Shown: in pieces, positions 30,395 to 39,633 of the stretch
Position numbering within the stretch: the first letter of the stretch is position 1
Layout of the letters: each line of letters starts with the position of its first letter
Assembly: GCA_041165905.1 (NCBI GenBank)
Contig: JBEAMP010000052.1
Location: 1-50,341 of the forward strand
From: Actinomycetota bacterium
Lineage (GTDB): Bacteria; Actinomycetota; Actinomycetes; Nanopelagicales; Nanopelagicaceae
Direction: 5' to 3'
DNA: 50,341 bases
The notes under the pieces: generated by a model
The model's database searches: none
Told to the model about the DNA's origin: nothing
Seen by the model: the letters and a program-made list of their open reading frames with translations, nothing else
Program-made: the position numbers and the translations under genes

Positions 30395-31241
30395 ATGCAC
30401 CTTTCGATGGCCGACGTCGGCGAGGTAATAATTCAGTCCCAGGAGCAATTCGGCGAGCAAAGATTAGAAAACCGGTATGCCCAATCATTCTATGCTCGGG
30501 TCTAACGGCTAGTCCGTCATGGTGCCATGGTCTTACTAGGGATTCGAAACTTTCTGGTTCGGTAAAACGTCCATCTTTTCTAAGAGTTTCAGCTACATTT
30601 GAAAGTTGTGTAGTTGTAGCTACATACGCCATATACACCCCTCCCGGAACTAAAACCTTTGCCGCTATGTCAACACATTCCCAGGGCATCAACATATCTA
30701 GAATTACGCGATCGTATTGCTCGGTTAATTCTTGTTCTTCTAAACTACCAATAGTAAGTTTCCAATTTTCAGGAATCCCAGCGAAATAATGTTCGACATT
30801 TGATGATGCATTCGCAGCAAATTCATCTCTACGTTCTACTGAGTGCACGAGTCCATCTGGACCAACCGCTCTTAATAAAGAAAGCGTTAAAGCACCAGAT
30901 CCAACTCCAGCTTCAAGTACTTTTGCACCTGGAAAAATATCTGCAAAACCAACAATTAACGCTGAATCTTTAGGATAAACAATTGTCGCGCTTCTAGGCA
31001 TAGTTAATACATAGTCAGTTAGTAAAGGTTTAAAGGCCATAAACTTCTGGGCAACTCCAGTTGTCGAATTGATACTCACAACACTACCTTCAGGCATTCC
31101 TATTAGATCATCATGTTTAATAAAACCTTGATGCGTGTGAAATTCTTTTCCAGGAGTGATATTGAACGAATATTGACGACCCTTATTATCAGTCAATTGA
31201 ATTCGATCACCGCTTGAAAAAAACCCGCTCTTTTTAGCCAC
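30375..31241 (-). CDS. trmI: tRNA (adenine58-N1)-methyltransferase TrmI
   Basis: SAM motif (VLEAGVGSGALTLSLLRAVG). Rv2118c-like in length and position. Confidence 0.88.
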   Translation of the reverse strand: MAKKSGFFSSGDRIQLTDNKGRQYSFNITPGKEFHTHQGFIKHDDLIGMPEGSVVSINSTTGVAQKFMAFKPLLTDYVLTMPRSATIVYPKDSALIVGFADIFPGAKVLEAGVGSGALTLSLLRAVGPDGLVHSVERRDEFAANASSNVEHYFAGIPENWKLTIGSLEEQELTEQYDRVILDMLMPWECVDIAAKVLVPGGVYMAYVATTTQLSNVAETLRKDGRFTEPESFESLVRPWHHDGLAVRPEHRMIGHTGFLIFARRIAPGTELLPRRRRPSKGAYGIGEE

Positions 31242-31288
31242 GCGCCTATCCTAAGGTGTCTTCCCTCTAAGATAAATTACAGCCAATT

Positions 31289-32044
31289 ATGGATGTGATT
31301 AGACTTTCTCCAAGCAGAATTAGCGAATATCAGCAATGCCCACAGCTATACAACTATCGCGTTATTCAGAAACTTCCAGAGCCCATTTCATTAGATGCGG
31401 CGCGTGGCACATTGGTTCACACAATTCTAGAAGAGCTGATGGCTATGCCTGCCTCCGAACGTACTTTGGAAAATGCGGTATTAAGAGCTCCGCATCATTG
31501 GCAAGTACAAAAGGAAGCAGATAATTTATTGGCCAGTGCAGTATCAGATGATAAAGAATGGCTTGATCGAGTTAATGCATTATTAGCTTCTTATTTCCAA
31601 TTGGAAAACCCACAGAGTTTTCAGCCAACTCACATCGAGGAACATCTCGAACTTCCTGAAATTGATCAATTATTACTGCATGGCTTTGTGGACCGAATTG
31701 ATGTTGCTCCAACCGGTGAAGTTAGAATTGTTGATTACAAAACTGGTAAGGCTCCTAAGGCAGGTTATGAGGAGAAAGCTCTTTTTCAACTTCGATTTTA
31801 TGGACTCCTCTGGTTTCGAAAATATGGTGTAATCCCAAAGTTATTGCAGCTTCTTTATCTAGGTGACCAACAAATAATAAAGAGTAACCCAACTGAAAAT
31901 GATTTGCTGATCGCTGAGAAGAAAGCTCTGCAGACCGGAAGTGATATCAAAATATCAATCAAAGAAGATTACTGGCCAACTCAGAAAAGTCGCTTATGTG
32001 ACTGGTGTAGCTTTAAAAGTATTTGTCCTGCATTTACCAATTAA
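31289..32044 (+). CDS. RecB-family PD-(D/E)XK exonuclease with a Cas4/AddB-like Cys cluster (Rv2119-like)
   Basis: N-terminal CPQ and C-terminal CDWCSFKSIC cysteines. Central G.VDRID.....V.IVDYKTGK nuclease motif. Confidence 0.82.
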   Translation: MDVIRLSPSRISEYQQCPQLYNYRVIQKLPEPISLDAARGTLVHTILEELMAMPASERTLENAVLRAPHHWQVQKEADNLLASAVSDDKEWLDRVNALLASYFQLENPQSFQPTHIEEHLELPEIDQLLLHGFVDRIDVAPTGEVRIVDYKTGKAPKAGYEEKALFQLRFYGLLWFRKYGVIPKLLQLLYLGDQQIIKSNPTENDLLIAEKKALQTGSDIKISIKEDYWPTQKSRLCDWCSFKSICPAFTN

Positions 32045-32696
32045 TAAACCATTCTCGTAAAAGATCGACTGAAAGTTCCTCCAAGGAATTTATAACTTTC
32101 GTCTGATGGTCGGCCTCGATTTCAACTAAATGTGGAACTGCAATAACGCGAGCACCGCTAGCTCTCGCCGCGGCTACACCCGTTGCGGAATCTTCTAGAA
32201 TTAATGAATTTCGAATATCCACATCGAGCATTCGTGCTGCTTTTAAATATCCTTCAGGATCTGGTTTAGTATTAAGAACATCGTCTGACGAAATAGTTGC
32301 CTTGAATGGTATTGGTTTTACATGGCTTAATGCCGCATCAACGAGAGCTCTTGGACTAGCTGAAACAAGAGCCATAGGAACTCCAGCAAAATGCAGATTT
32401 CTAATTAATTCTCTCGCACCAGGCATAAATGAAGCACTAATCGTAATTTTCTCTGTCATTAAATCTACAAGTTTCTTGTGGAAATAATCTCCTGGCTCTG
32501 AACTGTTCGTAACTTTCGACATGTATTCGCCAACCTTATGCAAAGGACCACCAAGGCAATGGGCCTGATCTTCTTTGGTCCATGTGTACCCAAAGGAAGC
32601 TGTTACTTCTCTTTCAGCTTCTAACCATTCAGGTTCGGAGTTGATAGTTAAGCCATCCATATCAAATAAAACTGATTCAAAGAATTGGCTCGCCAT
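32034..32696 (-). CDS. HAD-superfamily hydrolase, subfamily IA (beta-phosphoglucomutase-like)
   Basis: DMDGL motif I, S(A)S motif II and EDS..G motif IV. Confidence 0.8.
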   Translation of the reverse strand: MASQFFESVLFDMDGLTINSEPEWLEAEREVTASFGYTWTKEDQAHCLGGPLHKVGEYMSKVTNSSEPGDYFHKKLVDLMTEKITISASFMPGARELIRNLHFAGVPMALVSASPRALVDAALSHVKPIPFKATISSDDVLNTKPDPEGYLKAARMLDVDIRNSLILEDSATGVAAARASGARVIAVPHLVEIEADHQTKVINSLEELSVDLLREWFINW

Positions 32697-32724
32697 GCGT
32701 CAAAGGTTACCGTAAGGTGTTCTC

Positions 32725-33576
32725 ATGCAGATTCACGAGATTCCTCATCTTCGTAATCCAGTTGCAGTTCTTGCATTTAATGGCTGGAATGATGCTGGCG
32801 AAGCTGCCTCTGGCGCTATTACTCATTTACTAAATTCTTGGGGAAATCAAGAGAATGTCATTGCCGAGTTTGATTCAGAAGAATTCTATGATTTCCAACA
32901 GATTAGGCCAATGGTATTTATAGATAACTCCCAAATTCGACAATTGAAATGGCCGAAAACTGTTGTCTACGCACTGAACACTCCACATTTAGATTTTGAT
33001 TTCATTCTAATTATTGGACCAGAACCTTCTTTCAAATGGCAATCTTTCACAAATGAATTGCTAGATCTTTTAGATGATTTGGAAGTTGATTTGGTTGTAA
33101 GCCTTGGAGCTTTGCTGGCTGATACTCCTCACACTCGACCAATAACTGTCACGGGGACTAGCTCCAATCCTGATCTTGCTAAACGTATTGGATTTGAAGT
33201 AAGCCGCTATGAGGGGCCAACTGGAATACTCGGTGTTATTCAAGATTTCTGTAAGCGCAGAGAAATGGACGCTTTCTCATTGTGGGCTGCGTTACCTCAT
33301 TATGCATCGGCCGCTCCCTCACCAAAAGCTACTCTTGCTCTAATTGATGAACTTTCTGATTTTTTTGAAATCACAATTCCATCTGGAGATTTAACTCAAG
33401 CTGCGAAAGCTTGGGAGATAGCAGTTTCACAATTAGCAGAGGAAGATGCTGAAATCGGTGAATACGTAAAACAACTAGAGGCAGACAAAGACGACACTGA
33501 TTTTGAAGAAACTACAGGAGATGAAATAGCTAAAGAATTGGAACGTTTTTTACGCAGGCAGGATGATTCCCAATAA
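32725..33576 (+). CDS. PAC2 (proteasome assembly chaperone 2-like) family protein (Rv2125-like)
   Basis: L.NPV.V.AF.GWNDAG.A N-terminus, typical of the actinobacterial PAC2 family. Acidic C-terminus. Confidence 0.78.
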   Translation: MQIHEIPHLRNPVAVLAFNGWNDAGEAASGAITHLLNSWGNQENVIAEFDSEEFYDFQQIRPMVFIDNSQIRQLKWPKTVVYALNTPHLDFDFILIIGPEPSFKWQSFTNELLDLLDDLEVDLVVSLGALLADTPHTRPITVTGTSSNPDLAKRIGFEVSRYEGPTGILGVIQDFCKRREMDAFSLWAALPHYASAAPSPKATLALIDELSDFFEITIPSGDLTQAAKAWEIAVSQLAEEDAEIGEYVKQLEADKDDTDFEETTGDEIAKELERFLRRQDDSQ

Positions 33577-34776
33577 CGCATCAATTACATTACGTAAGGC
33601 CTTTGCATCTCCTCCACTACCGCCACTTGCTACCCAATTATTAATTGCAGCAATAGCCTCAGCGCTCCTTAAATTATTTGATAACAAATCATAGATTCTG
33701 GCTATTAATTCTTCTGTTGGAGGGATGCTTAAACCTTGTAATTTATTTGTTAATGCGTCTAATTCGACTTGAGCAATATTGGTTTCATTGCGCTGCCACA
33801 TATATTCCTCACCGTACGGCCGTTTAAGTAAAGCCCAACGTATTGCCATTGGCTGCACACCAGCCTCAATTAATTTGGAAACAAAGATTAAATTTCCTTT
33901 TGATTTACTCATCTTTTCGCCATCAAGACCGATAAGGGCTGCATGCACATAGGCTCTAGCGAAGTTCTTTCCGGTTAAAACTTTAATTTGAGAAGCTGAC
34001 ATTTCATGGTGAGGGAAAATCAAATCCTTTCCTCCGCCTTGAATATCAATTACGAAATCCTCGGAAGGTTCGGCAAATTTGAGTGCAATTGCTGCACATT
34101 CAATATGCCAGCCTGGTCGCCCGTTGCCATATATCGATTCCCAATAAGGTTCGCCATCTCGATGCGACAACCATAAAAGGGCATCGAGTGGATCCCTTTT
34201 GCCCTTTCGTTGTGGATCTCCGCCTCGTTCGGCAAAAATTGAGAGCATCTCTTGACGTGAAAGGTGTGATTCATTGCCAAAATCAGGATCGCATTGCACC
34301 GCAAAATATTTATCCGATTCAATATCATAAACAGCGCTTTTTTCATCTAATAAGCTGATCGCTTTCACCACATCGGGAATAGCATCTACCGCTCCTTCGT
34401 AGTGTGCTGGAGGCAAAATACGTAGTAATTCCATATCTGAACGGAAAAGTTCGATCTGAGAATGAGCTAAATCTTTCCAATCAACTCCGTCTCGATTGGC
34501 TCTTTCAAGCAAAGGATCATCTATATCAGTAATGTTTTGGATGAAATTTACTGATGCACCTTGCGCCAACCAATATCGATGTATTAAATCAAATGTTAAA
34601 TAAGTCGCCGCATGCCCTAGATGGGTAGCATCATATGGAGTAATTCCACAAACATACATCTGGTATCTATTCTTGATGGGAATTTCTACCAAACCTTGCT
34701 GCTCGGTAGAGTGAATAAATAGCGGTTTAGTTGCCTTAACAACAGCAGGAATTGGTGTCGTTGGCCAGCTTTTCAT
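33550..34776 (-). CDS. mshC: Cysteine:1D-myo-inosityl 2-amino-2-deoxy-alpha-D-glucopyranoside ligase (mycothiol ligase)
   Basis: Class I CysRS-like fold: MYVCGITPYDATHLGHA (HIGH-like) and KMSKSKGN (KMSKS). There is no tRNA anticodon-binding extension. About 408 aa. Confidence 0.88.
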   Translation of the reverse strand: MKSWPTTPIPAVVKATKPLFIHSTEQQGLVEIPIKNRYQMYVCGITPYDATHLGHAATYLTFDLIHRYWLAQGASVNFIQNITDIDDPLLERANRDGVDWKDLAHSQIELFRSDMELLRILPPAHYEGAVDAIPDVVKAISLLDEKSAVYDIESDKYFAVQCDPDFGNESHLSRQEMLSIFAERGGDPQRKGKRDPLDALLWLSHRDGEPYWESIYGNGRPGWHIECAAIALKFAEPSEDFVIDIQGGGKDLIFPHHEMSASQIKVLTGKNFARAYVHAALIGLDGEKMSKSKGNLIFVSKLIEAGVQPMAIRWALLKRPYGEEYMWQRNETNIAQVELDALTNKLQGLSIPPTEELIARIYDLLSNNLRSAEAIAAINNWVASGGSGGDAKALRNVIDALLGIILPA

Positions 34777-34811
34777 TGGGAAATCCTAACTTAATTATCT
34801 ACTTTATTACT

Positions 34812-35477
34812 CTAAAAAGGTGGCCATGGAATGGCTGGCCAATCAGTAGGTGGTAGCGGAAAGCGATTTTCTTGCAAGAGCTTTGCAACTCTCATTTGAG
34901 TAGCTTCTATTTCATTTTCAGTAAGTAAATTGGATAGATCAATGTCCAATTTCTCAAGTGAAGTTCGCTCCGATTCAGTAAGTGATAAATCAGCAAATTG
35001 CCAAAGCACAGTTCGTAATTTGTAGTCTTGGTGGAAAGTTACACCATGGTCACAACCAAAAATCTGACCCTCTTTATAAAGTAGATGACCGATTTTTCTA
35101 TCAGTATTATTTATCACTGCATCAAGTAGGGCTATTTTGCGTAATTCTTCACTTTTTTCTAAGTACCGCTCACCTACTTCTTCGCAATCATCAATCCAAA
35201 GTTGTAACGAACCTTCCCCGAAAGGCCCTTCTCTGAGAATAGTTGGTGGCACACAATTAAGTTTTAATGCTTCGCTCATCTGGTAAGCAGCAACCTCACG
35301 CCACGCAAGATTTCCATCTGGAAAATCCCATAATGGTCTCTCACCTGCAATTGGTTTGTAGATTGCATTGACGTTACCAACTTTACAAAAAAGTGAGGCG
35401 TTGGATGCATCTACTAATCGACCCACAATTTCTACAGGACCCGTAACTAGTTGATCAAAACTATCTTCGATATCCAT
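34812..35477 (-). CDS. SCO1664-family protein (PI3/4-kinase-like fold, function unknown)
   Basis: GRL.DASNASL....G and N.DRK.GH motifs. Conserved neighbour of DUF3090 and mshC. I chose the ATG at 35477. Confidence 0.72.
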   Translation of the reverse strand: MDIEDSFDQLVTGPVEIVGRLVDASNASLFCKVGNVNAIYKPIAGERPLWDFPDGNLAWREVAAYQMSEALKLNCVPPTILREGPFGEGSLQLWIDDCEEVGERYLEKSEELRKIALLDAVINNTDRKIGHLLYKEGQIFGCDHGVTFHQDYKLRTVLWQFADLSLTESERTSLEKLDIDLSNLLTENEIEATQMRVAKLLQENRFPLPPTDWPAIPWPPF

Positions 35478-35982
35478 TAGCTCTTGGACACAAATGTCCA
35501 TCCTTGTTAATGGGTAAGCCACAAAAAGGGCATGGTGCCCGCCCTGCAGCGACAACCTTTCTAGATTGACCTATAAAAGCATTAGCAATGTCCGGTGACA
35601 TCATGATTCGAAAAACTGCCGGACCCTCTTTGCTTTCCAGATCTAAATCGTTATCCCCTTCAGTAATTTCCTGAATATCCAATGAAACCTGTTCGCTTTC
35701 ACCTAACCAAACTATTCCAATTACTCCAATCTGAAATTCTGGAATTAATGGAACTTCTAGATTAACAGCAACTACATTTTCAAAACGGTAATCTGCCGCT
35801 TTTAACTCTCCTATGAGCATGGCTATTCGATCGGCCAAAGCGATTACTTGACTCTTATCGATTGCAAAACTATGTATTGCACCATGGTACTTAGCTTGTA
35901 AATAGAATTCCCGTTCACCCGGATGACCAATCGTGCCTACGATAAAACTTTCAACAGGATCTAATCTGCGGATTCGGCTCAT
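35461..35982 (-). CDS. DUF3090-family protein (Rv2134c-like)
   Basis: GEREFYLQA N-terminal region and the C-terminal zinc-ribbon-like CPFCG.P....H.CPR motif. Confidence 0.75.
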   Translation of the reverse strand: MSRIRRLDPVESFIVGTIGHPGEREFYLQAKYHGAIHSFAIDKSQVIALADRIAMLIGELKAADYRFENVVAVNLEVPLIPEFQIGVIGIVWLGESEQVSLDIQEITEGDNDLDLESKEGPAVFRIMMSPDIANAFIGQSRKVVAAGRAPCPFCGLPINKDGHLCPRANGYRR

Positions 35983-36581
35983 TTGAGAAAATCTTTCACA
36001 TTTGCTGAGGTGTCATTTACTTTTATTACTCTGAAACCATCTTTTGTTCGATCGATAATTGAGATGCTAGCGTTATCCACACTTATCTTGTCTATGTTAT
36101 TCAAATGAGTCCCTAAGGCATGCAAGACCAAAACTTTAACCACGTCAGCGTGAGTCGATATCAATATATTTTTGGATCTTTTATTTACATATTTGTCGAT
36201 GCCAAGTAAAGCTCGAGTTTGCACCTCTGGGAGCGTTTCTCCGTTTGGAAATCTAACTGAGGCTGGGTTTTTATGGATTTCTCTCCAAGCTGCATTCCTC
36301 ATCAAAGTTGAGGTTTTCTTTCCAGTCCAATCACCATAATGCACTTCTTGAAATTCCTCTGCGATATCTACATTCAGAGTTAATTTACCTAGGGTCTCTA
36401 TGCATCTTTGGATTGGAGATGAGAGCACCTGATCAAAAGTTGCTCCATTTAATCGTGTGGCCAGAAGAGTTCTCTGGGTTTGTCCCTCTTTAGAAAGGGG
36501 AATGTTCTCCATTCGACCTGCCAAAATCCCTTTGGCATTGGCTACTGAATGTGCGTGACGTAACAAGAATATTCGAGACAT
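35979..36581 (-). CDS. Histidine phosphatase family protein (MSMEG_4193/Rv2135c-type putative phosphomutase)
   Basis: RHG-type catalytic start (LLRHAHS.AN) and a downstream H (STHADV). 4-nt overlap with the DUF3090 gene. Confidence 0.78.
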   Translation of the reverse strand: MSRIFLLRHAHSVANAKGILAGRMENIPLSKEGQTQRTLLATRLNGATFDQVLSSPIQRCIETLGKLTLNVDIAEEFQEVHYGDWTGKKTSTLMRNAAWREIHKNPASVRFPNGETLPEVQTRALLGIDKYVNKRSKNILISTHADVVKVLVLHALGTHLNNIDKISVDNASISIIDRTKDGFRVIKVNDTSANVKDFLK

Positions 36582-36630
36582 GAGAGTTAAAGGTTAATGC
36601 AATTATCCGGAATTCGTCTAAGTTCTCGCT

Positions 36631-37566
36631 ATGGAATTACGCAAAGCTGGCAACACTGGACTCTCGCTTTCGCGCCTTGGCCTTGGAACAATGACTTGGG
36701 GCCGAGATACGGATGAACACGAGGCTGCTGATCAAGCAAGAGCGTTTCTCGATGCCGGTGGTAATTTCTTTGACACGGCTGCAGTTTATGGTGCTGGCGA
36801 TTCTGAGAAAGTAATCGGCGGTTTAGTAGGTTCACTATTTAAACGCGAAGATGCAATTATCGCTACAAAAGCAGGAATAGTTTTTATCGATGGTGTACGG
36901 ACTGTTAATACATCTCGTGGTGCGTTGCTCTCTGAATTAGATAGTTCATTAAAACGCTTAGGGACAGATTACGTTGATTTATGGCAAGTTCATACTTGGG
37001 ATGATGAGACTCCTCTGGATGACACTCTTGCCGCCCTCGAAACTGCTTATCAATCAGGACGCGCACGTTATGTAGGCATTAGTAATTATTCTGGATGGCA
37101 GACTGCAAGAGCGATAACCAAACAAGAATTAAGAGCTCCTATAGCAACTACTCAAAATGAATACTCTCTTCTAAATAGGCAAATTGAAAATGAAGTGCTA
37201 CCTTGCGTAACAGAATTGAATGTCGGGCTCCTTGCATGGTCGCCTCTAGGGCGTGGTGTGTTAACCGGAAAATATAGAAATGGAATCCCATCAGATTCTC
37301 GTGGCGCGAGTCCACATTTCGCTGGCTTTATCGAACCATTTTTGGATGATCGTTCAAAACGAATTGTTGAAGCAGTACAGGTTGCAGCTGATGGATTGGG
37401 TTATTCGCCACTTGAAGTTTCACTTGCATGGGTACGTGATTCAATTGGTGTAACCAGCGCAATAGTTGGTGCCCGAACAGGGGCTCAACTCAGAGGAATA
37501 TTAAGAAGCGAAGAAATTTCACTTCCCGAAGTTGTCAGGCAAGCTCTAAATGAAGTTAGCAGTTGA
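36631..37566 (+). CDS. Aldo/keto reductase family oxidoreductase
   Basis: G.SLSRLGLGTMTWG, D.A..YG and GISNYSGWQ motifs. Confidence 0.85.
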   Translation: MELRKAGNTGLSLSRLGLGTMTWGRDTDEHEAADQARAFLDAGGNFFDTAAVYGAGDSEKVIGGLVGSLFKREDAIIATKAGIVFIDGVRTVNTSRGALLSELDSSLKRLGTDYVDLWQVHTWDDETPLDDTLAALETAYQSGRARYVGISNYSGWQTARAITKQELRAPIATTQNEYSLLNRQIENEVLPCVTELNVGLLAWSPLGRGVLTGKYRNGIPSDSRGASPHFAGFIEPFLDDRSKRIVEAVQVAADGLGYSPLEVSLAWVRDSIGVTSAIVGARTGAQLRGILRSEEISLPEVVRQALNEVSS

Positions 37567-38854
37567 GTAAGAAATCTTCTAGAGCTTTTACGCCGAATTC
37601 AAGTGATTCAAGCGGTATCCGTTCATCTACTCCATGGAATAACGCCATAAAATCAAGGTCTGCTGGTAATCGCAATGGTGAGAAACCATAACCTACGATT
37701 CCCAATTCACTTAAAGCCTTATTATCAGTTCCGCCACTCATCAGATACGGAACTGGAATTCCTTCCGGATCTAATTTCAAAATCGCAGATTTCATTGCCT
37801 CAACTAATTCGCCTTCAAACGGCACTTCTAGGGCGATATCGTGCGTAACTGTTTCAATCTTAATTTCTGGTCCAACGATTTCCGCAATTGTGCGATTTAA
37901 TGCATCTTCATGTCCAGGTAGGAAACGACCATCAATTACGGCGCTTGCTTCCTTAGGAATTACATTTGCTTTGTAGCCTGCATCTAGCATCGTTGGGTTT
38001 GCAGTATTTTGCAGTGTAGCTGCAATCATTCTGGCCACTGATGGAATTTCAACTAAGAATTCGCGATAGTCATCACCTAAAGGCCTTTCAAGCGCATCTG
38101 CAATCGCAGTGAATAATTCCTTCACCGCTTTTGTATATGTTTGAGGCCATTCGTAATTTCCGATTTTTGTGACCGCTTCACTCAAGGCAGTCACTGGATT
38201 CTGATTATTAATAAATGAACCATGTCCAGCTTGTCCATGTGCGGTCAATTTAACCCAATGAATACCTTTTTGGGCTGCTTCAATCATGTAAAGACGTTTA
38301 CCATTTGCAAGAGTTACAGAGAATCCACCAACTTCTGAAACTGCTTGGGAACAATTTTTAAAAACTTCAGGGTGTTCTTTGGCCATCCATCTTGAACCAA
38401 AGGTTGAACCTGCCTCTTCATCTGCGAAGAAAGCAAGAACAATATTACGAGGAGGTTTGATTTTATTTCTTGCCCAATATCTGACAATTGCCAGAATCAT
38501 TGCATCGACATTTTTCATGTCGACGGCACCACGTCCCCAAATAGCTCCATCTTTAATAATTGCGCTAAAAGGATCTACTTGCCACTCTTCAGCAGCTGCG
38601 GGAACAACATCTATATGTCCATGTAACACTAAACCAGGTCTTGTCTGATCCTGCCCTTCGATGTTGGCGATAACGTTGCAACGATTTGGGGCTGATTCAT
38701 AAATCTTTGCTTCGATGCCAACTTCAGCAAGTGAGGCGACAACGTAATCCGCTACTGCCTTTTCATCGCCTTTTCCTTCCCCATAATTGACACTTGGAAT
38801 TCGGATTAGATCTTGGCAAATACGTATTGCATCTTCGATAATCGCATTACTCAT
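37556..38854 (-). CDS. M20-family metallopeptidase/dipeptidase (Rv2141c-like)
   Basis: LIRIPSVN, HGHIDVVP, GRGAVDMK and FFADEE metal-ligand motifs. Confidence 0.85.
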   Translation of the reverse strand: MSNAIIEDAIRICQDLIRIPSVNYGEGKGDEKAVADYVVASLAEVGIEAKIYESAPNRCNVIANIEGQDQTRPGLVLHGHIDVVPAAAEEWQVDPFSAIIKDGAIWGRGAVDMKNVDAMILAIVRYWARNKIKPPRNIVLAFFADEEAGSTFGSRWMAKEHPEVFKNCSQAVSEVGGFSVTLANGKRLYMIEAAQKGIHWVKLTAHGQAGHGSFINNQNPVTALSEAVTKIGNYEWPQTYTKAVKELFTAIADALERPLGDDYREFLVEIPSVARMIAATLQNTANPTMLDAGYKANVIPKEASAVIDGRFLPGHEDALNRTIAEIVGPEIKIETVTHDIALEVPFEGELVEAMKSAILKLDPEGIPVPYLMSGGTDNKALSELGIVGYGFSPLRLPADLDFMALFHGVDERIPLESLEFGVKALEDFLLNC

Positions 38855-38950
38855 AAGATAGATTCTCTCGCCTAACTGAGCTTTTGTCTTGTCATTAGGT
38901 AATTTTGTGGCAGAAATACCTTTTAAGTTAAGGTAGGCAGTGCAACTTTA

Positions 38951-39034
38951 GTCCGGGTGGCGAAATTGGTAGACGCGCAAGCTTGAGGTGCTTGTGGCCG
39001 CAAGGCCTTAGGGGTTCAAGTCCCCTTTCGGACA
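38951..39034 (+). tRNA. tRNA-Leu (anticodon GAG), long variable arm, CCA not encoded
   Basis: I folded the cloverleaf by hand. Acceptor GTCCGGG/TTCGGAC, anticodon stem CAAGC/GCTTG with loop TTGAGGT, variable arm GGCCGCAAGGCC and T arm AGGGG-TTCAAGT-CCCCT. Confidence 0.88.
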
Positions 39035-39105
39035 CGTTTTCAAATAGGCTTTTTAAGTTTGGCTGTTATGGATAAAAATTTTACAACTTTATATAAGGTA
39101 ACCCC

Positions 39106-39633
39106 ATGAACAAGGACGAACTACGTGCTCTAATTCGTGACATTCCCGATTATCCTTCACCGGGAATTCTCTTTAGAGATATCACGCCACTATTAAGAGA
39201 TGGTAATGCATTAACTGCAGTTGCGGAGTTGATGAGCGCAGAAGATAAATCTGCAAATCTAATTGCTGGAATTGAAGCGCGTGGTTTCTTCTTTGCTGCC
39301 GCTATAGGTGTTCAAAGCAAACGTGGTGTAATTCCTATTCGCAAAAAAGGAAAGTTGCCGCATGATGTCCATAGACAAGAATATGGATTGGAATATGGAC
39401 AAGATGTTATTGAAATTCATAAGGATGCCGCTCACCCTGGTGAAAGCGTACTTTTAGTTGACGATGTTCTGGCAACTGGTGGCACTTTAGCGGCCGCAAT
39501 TAAGTTGATCAGAGCTACGGGCGCACAAGTTACAAGTATCGGGGTACTTCTTGAGATTGCTGCTCTTGGCGGAAGAGAGAAACTTAAAGCTGAATTCCCT
39601 GATTTAGAAATTCACGCAATCTTCATCGTTTAG
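39106..39633 (+). CDS. apt: Adenine phosphoribosyltransferase
   Basis: I.DYP.PGI.FRDITPLL N-terminus and the PRPP motif (VLLVDDVLATGGT). Confidence 0.93.
   Translation: MNKDELRALIRDIPDYPSPGILFRDITPLLRDGNALTAVAELMSAEDKSANLIAGIEARGFFFAAAIGVQSKRGVIPIRKKGKLPHDVHRQEYGLEYGQDVIEIHKDAAHPGESVLLVDDVLATGGTLAAAIKLIRATGAQVTSIGVLLEIAALGGREKLKAEFPDLEIHAIFIV

Noticed and set aside
38855-39105. A genomic island integrated at tRNA-Leu.
   Set aside because: I found no integrase, no direct repeat of the tRNA 3' end, and housekeeping apt follows immediately. Only the downstream acyltransferase looks possibly foreign; that is reported separately at low interest.
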